NCBI GenBank assembly: GCA_032718475.1
Contig: JAUCBJ010007414.1
Location: 1-60,724 of the forward strand
Source: Nemertoderma westbladi
Lineage: Eukaryota; Animalia; Xenacoelomorpha
Reading direction: 5' to 3'
Length of the DNA stretch: 60,724 nt
The notes beneath the pieces were generated by a model. That model was not told where the DNA came from. It saw nothing but the letters and a program-made list of their open reading frames with translations, and made no database searches. The position numbers were made by a program, and so were the translations under genes. Positions 13,401-24,122 of the stretch are shown piece after piece. Position 1 is the first letter of the stretch; every line of letters begins with the position of its first letter.

Positions 13401-13732
13401 GCAGCCCTAAACATCAGCTGGAGACAACACATGACAAACGCCGAGCTTTATGGTACAATACCACCTGTATCAACCACCCTCCGTGAACGCAGATTAAGAT
13501 TCAATGGGCACTGCTGGCGAAGTAAAGACGATGTCATACCAGATCTACTTCTCTGGCAACCAACTCATGGAAAGCGTAGTCGTGGACGACCTGCCATAAC
13601 ATATATAGATCAACTTGAAAGGGATACTGAACTTGGGAGAAACGAAATTGCGACAACTATGGAGAATCGGGAAGCCTGGAAGGATCTCATTTCCACTGTC
13701 CGAGTTCGCTCGACCTAGTAGTAGTAGTAGTG
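10431..13732 (+). mobile_element. Near full-length RTE-clade LINE (APE endonuclease + RT), inactivated
   Basis: APE motifs ATMNARTL, CIQE, GDLNA, LDYIL, SDH; RT motifs GVLQGDTLAP and DFADD; frameshift near 12110, stops at 12609-12611 and 12942-12944; stop codon merges into a (TAG)n tail. Confidence 0.95.
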
Positions 13733-14174
13733 AGGTAGATAATCATGACTAATTATAACTACATTATATGCTAGATCTTCGTTCATTACTCGATGCTTCT
13801 TGACTCACCAAATAAATCACAGTTGAGTTAAGTGGACAATGGGTCTTTGGGCCACTTGACTAATATGGTGGCCCATTACTCAGTTACTATCAAGGTCTAA
13901 AATTATAATAATAAATAAAAATACAATGTTTTAAAAATGATAGGCCCTACCCATGTCGACCACTGTTTTTAATTTATTAAACTATTACAATACTGATTCA
14001 AATGCTCATTCATGTTAATTGTGTGGTTGAGAACTGATTTTTAGCAATTACAGTTACAGTTACAGTATTCAAAATTCCTAATTACAGTCTCAGTTATAGT
14101 TACAGTATCAAAAAAACATCAATATCATTCAGTCACAGTTGCAGTTAGAGTATAATTACAGTTATAGTGGAGTG

Positions 14175-14268
14175 ACCCACCCCCCTGTCCGAAGATGTCC
14201 GGATTTCGAAGACCCCCTCCCCCCCCCCCCCCCTCCTGAACTCGGACGTCCTTTATGGATGCCCCCTA
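14175..14268. mobile_element. PIF/Harbinger-like MITE end
   Basis: GGACGTCCTTTATGGATGCCCC terminus after C-runs; matching other end not seen. Confidence 0.4.
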
Positions 14269-14396
14269 TAAGTAAACTTAATTAATTAAACTATAAACTT
14301 CATTAAAGTCGCCAGCTAAAGAGCTTTTGAATGATATATATTTCCCTATTTTGGAGTGAGAACTTTAGACACTTGTTTCTATTTTCAACCCTATAG

Positions 14397-14555
14397 GTAT
14401 GGAGTCACCTGGAGTCCACGAAACCACCTACAACTCGATTATGAAATGTGACGTTGATATTCGTCGAGATTTATATTCGAACTCGGTTCTCTCTGGTGGT
14501 TCTACTATGTACCCCGGGTTAGCTGATAGAATGCAGAAGGAATTACAATCTCTAG
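14397..14555 (+). CDS. act: Actin, penultimate exon
   Basis: After acceptor CTATAG reads (G)[52 protein letters not shown], then donor GTGAGT; phase 1 at both ends. Confidence 0.95.
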
Positions 14556-15306
14556 GTGAGTTGGAAAGGAAGTAATACTGTAGCGCGTTCGTTTTGACTT
14601 AATAAAGTTTAAAAGAGTCAAGAATTAACAAATAGGATTTTAAGTATTACTTGAAGAATTCCACTTAATTTTTACGTATTCCACGTTTTTCACGGCGATC
14701 TCAAATATTTCAATTCAGCTAATTAATATACTTCGTTATACTCTCTTTATTAACTGACAAACTCTCATCACACTACCATTGCTACATACGCGTAGGGTTC
14801 AGGCGTTATATTTAGAGTTATGTAGATTTATCAAATTTAGATTATCACATCATGAATTCGCTTAAGCTACATCTTATGAATTTTGCCTGTAAGACGGTAC
14901 ACTAATTTATACTTAATACCCATGACCTACTGTAGTACTAAAGATATCAATTACAGATATCTATATCTTTATTAGTTAGCCCCTATTAGCGCCTATGTTA
15001 TACCTTATATTTTAGTGGTATTAGTAGATGTCCATGTGACATCACGATATAACGTGAGCTTTCCCGTGCTGCCCCAAATGGCGGCATTAAATTTTAGTTG
15101 CGAAATTATATAACGGAAAAAAGGACAATTAAAGCTCCGGCTGTTAAAATTGTCAGTATATTTCCGATTCAGTTGTCATGTTTGGAGGAATTCCGATATT
15201 ACGTACACCATTAAAGCTATATAGCACAACTCACCTAGTTTAGTTAGCAACTCCATCGTTTACTTTACATATATTTTCTAATTTATTCTCCATATACTTT
15301 ATATAA

Positions 15307-15600
<294 letters not shown>

Positions 15601-15705
15601 GAAACCGGCGTTCCAGAATATCTGAGTCAGTCCCACTAACTGTATTATTGTAATCTTTGTAGAATGGTTGGCGATAGAAAGTCCATTATAAAGACTAACA
15701 AGTGC

Positions 15706-15711
15706 AATAAA
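15706..15711 (+). terminator. Putative actin polyadenylation signal
   Basis: AATAAA about 105 nt after the stop, followed by a T/GT-rich tract. Confidence 0.6.
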
Positions 15712-17639
15712 CATTTTATTTGTTTTGTTTTTATTGGAAATAGGCGTTATAAACTAATAAACTGTACCTGCGGACACTTACAAACTCAACTCAAACTATT
15801 TCTTCCATTTCCTTCCATTTCTTCCATTACCTTTTATATTTTATCAGTTGTGCTACACATTGTGCTTCTCAATCTGCCATATTCTTTGTATTTCGTGTTT
15901 TTATTTTTCCGCGTTTTCAATTTCAATAGCACCAAATGTTCTTATAAACCCACAGAGTAATTATTTTTATGATTTTTAGGTTTTTATATTTCAGTGCAGA
16001 ATACTGTTGTATATTGTGTGTGAACTATTTTTTTTAACATTCTTCGGTTTTATCAATTTCACTTGTTATAATCCGGTTCATAGTACTTCGATATGAATTA
16101 TTTAACATGGTTATATGGTAATGGTATTTGTCTATTGGAAGTGTAGCCAATTATTATATGATGGAAAAAAACGGGAAATAGTGAATATAAACAAGATATT
16201 ATTTCTAATTAACTTTTTATTGCACTTTTAATACATCATAAGGGGTGGGGAAATATTTTTGGTTTATAAAATAAATATTAAATAAATACCTAATTATTCT
16301 ACTATACGTCAGCGAGCTGGTTGAAACAAACAGTTGCGTTTAAACCGTATCATAACTTTAATTAACTTATCCTTAATAACTTACTTTAACAGTGAGTTGG
16401 GGATATCGCTTCGCTCGAATTGATCAGCAATATATACTGCTTTACAATTTTAACAATAATAATATGTACCTGGTTCAACATCGAACACCCACCCCACGCA
16501 CTCCCCCACACCGCGGGTGTACCAGTCGTATACTGAAACAAAGGTAGTCCTAATACTGAAACAACTCTCCGCCACGGCGCCGTATTTTCCCTATATATTA
16601 AGTCGACATGACTGATAATCTCAAGATGATTTTAGCATTATTATTGCCAATGCTATAAAAAGGAGAGAGTTGTGTCGAAATATGTTATTTTTTACTTTAC
16701 ATTTTTGCCTTGCTTTGATTGGTCAATGTAGGCCCCTATGGTGTCGTTGCCAGGATAACAAATTATTGAAATCGAATTTTCTAATCGGGGGGCACAGGGG
16801 GGGGGGGGGGGGGTGTTGGATACGCGAGAATTGCTCGCGAAAATTTTCGAACTTAAAATGCCCCCCAGTAGAAATGTGGTCAATATACTCATTAGGATGG
16901 ATTTATCTCTTATCTATATGACTACCAAATGTTTATTGTTTCGGTTAAAATATCGAGCCACTGTAACCTGCTCCTTTCCTAAAATTTATCATTTAACATT
17001 GAGGTGAGATAATAATTCGCCGAGATGGGATTTTGCGTCAAGTCCCCCTCCAGTCACGCAGTGTGGTTTTGTTATAGTGCTGCCATTAGTACCTACTGTA
17101 TTAAATACCGCTATCCTATCCTATCCTATTCCGTAATCCGTTGATGAATCCTTCGAAACTGATACTTTTCTTTTTTAACGGTAGTAGGCCTACAGGTATT
17201 ATAAATTGGAATGTTCCCCCTAAATGAGATAAAAATTTATTTATTATTATTATTTATTTATTTATTAAAAATTATTTCAGAATTTTAGGCCCGGCTGACC
17301 GCGCTCTTTTAAATAATTAATAATTTTAGATAATTGATACATATCTGGATAATGCATTTAAAATGGATCATGACAACTGTAATGTTATGGGTAGCTGTAG
17401 TGGTACCTCTAAATCTATAATGTAGTTGTAAACTTACAGATCAGTCCACATAGTTAGTTAGTTTATTGTCGTATCCGGGATGAAAACTCAAACAAACAAT
17501 ATAAACAACAAGCACCATAAAGGATAGACCAATTATAAAATGTATACTAAATACTGTATATACTACTTACGATATACTGTACTACCGAAGTATATTTCCG
17601 ATTTGTATTGGATACGATTTAATTGTATTCCTCATTTAT

Positions 17640-18352
17640 TCTATTTAATTAATTATACTAAATGTACTACAAATTTCTGATAATGACAGAAAGAAATTTA
17701 AATTGAAATTTGAAATTAAGCCGATCGTAATTCGTTACATTATTACTTTTTGTGTACCTCGATAATTTCATGACACAAACTAGTTAGTTCTGAATTGCTC
17801 AAACTCCCTAGGGCCGTTGGTAGATCTCTGTCACTACTCTCAAGGTATTTGGCTCTTTGCAATGACGATAAAGAGCATTCTACGTAGAAAAATATGTGTG
17901 TCCGTTTGAATGTCACCGCACGCGCATAGTCATTCGTCTCTTGGGATACGCGACCATCTTCCCATTTCCATTGGTAGCGACGTCGAACTCATCCGTATTC
18001 TAGTAAAGTCAATTCTTTGAAATTCTGGAATAGAGGAGTCACTATAAACTGAATGGCAGACTAAATTCGGGTTGAACTGGAGGTAATTTGATATCCTCGT
18101 GGAATTTCTAACATTGGCTGTGGTACGCTCTTTTATCACGTTTAATGAGGATTGAGGGTTATTAGTATTACCATTCATCATGTTGTCAATATATTTACCA
18201 CATGGGCTTTTTAGACTCGATGCTAATTTTATTGCGAACTCGTGGTAACTTCCGACGAAATTAGATCTCCTTGTTAACCCTTGAAGAAAGTTCTTTTGTC
18301 GTATTTTTATTGTTGTCTCTATATGTTCCACTCCTGCAATGCAATACAATGT
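17640..18352 (-). mobile_element. Non-LTR retrotransposon C-terminal fragment
   Basis: FTRIRMSSTSLPMEMGRWSRIPRDE*LCACGDIQTDTH resembles the R.SSH.L.IE.GRW plus CCHC tail of LINE ORF2. Confidence 0.75.
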
Positions 18353-18489
18353 GTTCGAAAAATCTACTTATTCCCCATTTGAAACACACTGACACAAAAT
18401 ATCGGGCCGGTTTTAGCTAAAAAAGCAGAGATTGTTCCAATAAAGGATATATACAACTACATAATGTAAAATAATGTCGCCGTAAAATT

Positions 18490-18860
18490 CTCCTTTTCCT
18501 CAATTGGTAAAGTAGTATCGTTTATTGTTTTGGTTAGAAAATTCCGTTTCTGTAACCTGCTTCTTTCCCCAATTGCTAAAGTGATCGTTTATTGTTTTGG
18601 TTAGAAACACCCGCTTCTGTAACCGGCTCCTTTCCTTCATTTGGTAAAGTGACTGTTTATTGTTTTGGTTAGAAAGGCCCGCCTCTGTAACCTGCTCTTT
18701 TCCCTGATTTGATAAAGTGACTGTTTAACGTTTTGTTTAGAAAGGCCCGCCTCTGTAACCTGCTCCTTTCCTTCATTTGGTAAAGTTTATTGTTTTGGTT
18801 AGAAAACCCGGCCTTTCTAACCTGCTCCTTTCCATTAATTGGTAATTGTTTTTGGCTATA
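18490..18860. repeat. Tandem array, about 67-bp unit, 5 or more copies
   Basis: GTTTATTGTTTTGGTTAGAAA...CTGTAACCTGCTCCTTTCC units start at 18520, 18587, 18655, 18723 and 18785. Confidence 0.9.
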
Positions 18861-20574
18861 AAATGTAATGTTTTGCTACGTCATATGGTAATAGATTATC
18901 GACTACAACCACAGGCTATACAATTTAGTTTTAAATTTTATTTAATACTATTAAATTTAGAGTCTTTTTACCACAGGCGCATATGGAAATCTATCTCATC
19001 TATACCTATAAAAATCAAATTCTTTTTTTTTTACATTTTAACAATCGAATAACTGCACAGGTACTGTAGTCTCTCAGTAATAGTATTGCGAATTGATAAA
19101 CCATGGTACAGTATTCAATACTGTATGCGATATAAAATTCGTATAAAGTTATTGATGTGATTTTGCCTACAGTAGAGACTTATAATAACCAAGCACATGC
19201 AAATTGTAAATGCACATAATAATTAGAGTTTGAAAGAAATGCAGTTCAGTAAGTCTAGAGAGGGGAAACCAATATTTATTTTAATAGGGGCCTAATGTTT
19301 CGGCCACTTTCACTTTTGTTGCGTAAGCCTAGGCCTATATGTTCATGGAGATATTTTCAAGTTAGATGTTCGTCAATAAACACACCCCTACTATACAGTG
19401 TAGAAAAATGCTGCTAGATCTGTAGATAGGGGGGACATTCGACGCAAACATTCATCCCTCTCTAGTGGACAAACGGCGCGCATTATAGTTGATTGCTCTC
19501 AAAAATCAAATTATGACCTGTTCTATTGACAGATTAACTTTTAGATTATAGTTTTGGTTAAAATAACTTGACACTGTAACCTGCTCCTTTCTGGGTGTAA
19601 ACGCTACGCCGACAACCATTATTAAAGCTAATTAATATTATTTATTGATTTATTTATGTTTTTGCGATTAAAGAGATTTTATGAGTAATTTTTAATTTAT
19701 TTTTTTGCTTTTATGCGATGTGTTTTATTTCACTTAATATCTTGGCTCGGAATTTAAAGTCTACATTTACGTCGCCCCTGTCACTATAAGAACAGTAGGT
19801 TTGTCCTATGTTTTTATAATTTTTTATCGAGTGTTATTGTTTACATAATTATAACGTACAGTATTTACCGTTATTGTCAATCTCGCTGTTTACTTTGCGC
19901 CCTTTTTTTATTTTATATATTTAATTTTGTTTTACAACCGTCAGTGTTGTTTCTAACTTGGCTGTTTTCTCCTCGACCATATTTCATATTTTACTGGTAT
20001 CGCTGTATTATATCGAGTCTTAATAATAATAATAATATGTATGCATGGATCTTCGCCCTTCCATCAGGATTGCCGATGTAAATATTGTAATGCCTGTTCC
20101 ATATCAACCACCACGCTACTGTTTGCCAGAAGTGTCCGCTACTTGCTGTGCTCGCCGCCTAAATAATTTATTCTGTAAATATTATACGGTAAATAACATA
20201 AATATCAGTTTAAAATTATATTCTAAACATTTTATGTATTAATTATATTTTAAAGTGTACTTGATTGTAAATTTTGTTGCAGTCAAGTTTAGTTGTTTTA
20301 AATAAATAAATTTACTCGCTAAATAAATTTATAAAAAAAAAAATAATAATAATATCATCATTATCTGTCATACTGTCATATAGGCCTACCGCATAAATCC
20401 TGTAACAGTCTGACAGTCCACAGTGTAGGCCTATGGTTTACTTTACAGGCTGACAGGTCAGCAGGTGTCTGGTGTATGTACATGAAGTACGGTACAGAAA
20501 GTAGTTTATGCTGTTATGTAGTCAGTAGGCCCTAGTACAGTAGTTACTATAATAATAATAATAATAATGCACTC

Positions 20575-21540
20575 TTTTATTAGGCTAATCATTAAACATA
20601 TAAAAATTAATTAAAAGGGAGAACATCACCCAGGTTACATGAACACTTACGGGCAACAATTGCACTTACAGACTTACAAATATCGTTAAATTAAAAGACT
20701 AAAATACATGTTCTTATATATTGTAAAAATTACTAATCCAAAAATCTACCAAAACTACAATAGGCCCCCTACCCCTAAGGTAAAAGATCTACTTTTTTTA
20801 ACAAGTTCTTAAAAACATTAATATTGCAGTATTGACTGCCTGACTGTCATAACTACGTCTGACTGTCTGACGGTAAATCGTCTGATCGTCATATCGTTCC
20901 ATACACTTACTACACCTGTACACGCGGTTTGAATAGGAATACTTAGTTATCTCTAATCTAGTAAAACGTTTAAAAAGTTTATAAGAATGTCCTCTATTGC
21001 ACCGCACCGTATTTCAGTATTTGCAAAATTAAAAAAAAAATTTTACGGTAGATCAACAAGTTGATGTAGAATGTTGTAAGTCATTGCAGCATTGTAAGAT
21101 TAAAAATATGTCTTCGTACTTCTAAAGGCTGTAGTTCTAAGATTCTCAGCCTGTTAAGATAACTTGTACGGCCTAAGTTCAAAGTTACAACGGGCAAAAA
21201 GTCTACGAGTAAAGTACCGTTGAAGACGCTCAATTAAATCAATTGTACCAAAGTGAAAGGGTGAGCTAACCGGAGTACAGTATTCTAGAATAGGTCGCAC
21301 GTAGGACAGTAGGACTTATAGGCAGTAAGAATTGCGTTTAAATTACCAGTATGAAAACATCTGAATATCATATTAACTATTTTATACGCATTCTTCACCT
21401 GCTCCCTAAAGTACTGAAGTATAAGTTAAACTTTAAATCACTACTTATAGTTATACCCAGATCCCTACAAGATGTATCATATCTCAATTTTGAACCACAT
21501 AGATCAGTAGATGGTATTCATTACTGTAATTACAATCTAT
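20575..21540 (-). mobile_element. Decayed CR1-type LINE 3' fragment
   Basis: Minus-strand RDLGITISSDLKF, YVRPILEYC, IERLQRYFTRRL and RGHSYKL...SNRV. Confidence 0.85.
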
Positions 21541-21589
21541 TCTACGCTACATGTACTGATATGATATGATGTACTGATATATTTCACCT

Positions 21590-23940
21590 TGAAACCCGTG
21601 GATCTTTCAGACATCAATAAAATCATTATGAGCCTCGACATCCACAAGAGTAGTGGCCAGTGGGCCTGATTCTATTAGTCCAAGAATTAGAAAGGATGGA
21701 TGCCCAATTATTGAAGACTACTTAACCCATTGCCCATATTGTGAACTTATCAATAAAATCAGCCGTGTTCCCTGACCCATACAAGGTTGCCAAAGTTGCA
21801 CCAGCATTTAAGAAAGGAATACTAACCCATGACACAAACTTCCGCCCCATATCATTATTAGTCATCATGTCAAAAGTTTTAGAAAAAACTGTGTTCGATC
21901 AACTTATGCCCTATTTAATATCTAACAACATACTAGATTTACTACAATCCGGCTTTCGACCTGGTCACTCGGTGCAAACCTGCTTAATGTATCTGGACAA
22001 TATCATCCGCGATGCTATGGATTCTGGGAAAATAGTCGGGATGGTTGCCATTGACAGATTGACCTCCAAAAAGCGTTCGACACGGTCGACCACAAAATTC
22101 TACTTCACAAGTTGAGGTGTATTGGCCTGGATGAACATAGCGTTAACTGGTTCCGATCATACCTATCTGGCAGATCCCAGTTTGTCCAGGTAGGAAACTG
22201 TCGTTCTAGAACTCTTGGAATTGACTGCGGTACTCCCCAAGGAGCCCTACTCGCTGTCCTCTTATTCCTGATCTATATGAACGATTTAGACCTTGCCTTG
22301 CCTCCTGTCAAATCCTTGTCGAAAACAGCATCCCAGACTAACGACGTCAATAATGCCAGCCCAGCCAAAACTGCCTGCCACGAATCCACCACTGCACTGA
22401 AGTATGCTGAGCTGACGATACCAACCTCATCAAAGCCGGAGACAACTGCGAAGAAATTTCTGCATGCCTTACTGAACTCTGTCGCGCGTAGCTGATTGGG
22501 CAGTTGATAATCGCCTCAGTATACACCCTGGGAAATTCGAGGTCTTCCTTTTTGGAACGCACCAATGCATTGCATCAGCCGGAAGCCTTGAAGTCTACTA
22601 CAAAAACAAACTACTCGAACCAACAGATACCATAAAGTACTTGGGATACGTGATGGAGCCAACCTTATCCGGATCGGAGTCCGCACATAAAATTATACGC
22701 AGGGGAAATGCATGTCTCAAATTCCTTTATCGGAATTCGCAAGTCCTTGACAAACCCCTGCGTCGGTTGCTTTGCAACTCACTGATACAGCCGCTTATAG
22801 ACTTTTCAGCCCCTTGCTGGTATCCGAGTGCTGCGAGTCGTCTACGTAATCAAGTCGATGCACTCCAACGCAAGTGCATCAGGTTCTGCCTGGGACTTGA
22901 CTCTCGAGCGCATATTGGTGCTGCCCATTTTGTAGATATTAACTGGCTTCCAATTACCGAACGTACCCACCAGATAATATTAACCCACATGTTTAATATC
23001 CACGCAAAGACAGCCCCGGCTTATATGCGCGACATGGTTATTTTTACTGAACCTTTTCACCTCCTACGTAACGGAGCCGCACACGCTTTACTACCCCAGA
23101 AACACACGGTAGCAGCCACACAGTCGCTCTCCTACCTTGGCCCATATCTGTGGAATAAACTCCCCAATGCGATCAAAGAAATTAGGAGTGTGGAAAGTTT
23201 TAAGCATAAGTTAAAGGATCACGTTTTAGAACTTTTATCCACCAATGAATTGTCGTCATATAAGTAACTTATAATTTTTACCATCTACCCTATATTTTAT
23301 ATTTTAATCATTTGACCTTCCACATTAACTCAAACAAATGATTGAAGAACCATTTTTAGAATTTTTATTTAATAGTAAATGTTTTATATTTTTTATTTAT
23401 ACATTATTTTAGAATTTTTATCCTGCACGAGAGCACGACCTTATACCTTTTATTCTAAACCCCAATCTACAGGACCCCTGTGGAAATGAGACTATGTCTC
23501 TCAGGGTAATCCTGGACAAACAAAGCTTACACTATGACGTTTCAGAACTATTTACTCTACTCTGCCGTGCAATTACTGCTCTATACTGTATAAAAATATA
23601 TTATAATTTTTAATTATTTTTGCATTCCCAAATATGGTGCGTCACCTTAACCTTCTTAATTTTTCGGTATATTTCTGAATTTATCACCCCTTTTTTTCTT
23701 TTTAACTTTTATACACTTGCCTAACCGAAACACGTTTTTAGCCTGACAGAATTATATAATTGTTTAATTTGAACTACAAACCGAAAGAAAATAATTGTAT
23801 CTAATTTAATTTATGTACGTAATTTGCACTCTGCCTTACCATACAGTATATCATTTTCTTAATCGTTGTGTTTATATCTACGTATATGTCGGTATGTTTA
23901 TACTTTACTTCGTTTGTCAAATAAATAATTCCATTCCAAT
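21590..23940 (+). mobile_element. L2/Crack-like LINE, 5'-truncated, with 3' UTR
   Basis: NFRPISLL, QSGFRPGHS, GTPQG..L...LFLIYMNDL; YADD disrupted by a GCTGA duplication near 22406; LWNKLP; stem-loop at 23471-23513; AAATAAATAA/TTCCA tail. Confidence 0.9.
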
Positions 23941-24122
23941 TCTATGAAGCACAGAGGTACGCTGTAGTTAGTACTGTAGTACGCTACAGACTGACAGAAC
24001 TAACTGCTGTACCGGTACTTTATTCAGTATTAACCCGTTAAACGCTACCGTATTAAATACGATTAATCCTAAACACAATAATTCCGATACTGATACTAAC
24101 TCATAAACTGACTATTTTAATA

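Noticed and set aside
18490-18860. CRISPR-like repeat-spacer pattern
   Set aside because: The variable parts are homologous to each other; eukaryotic context and no cas genes.
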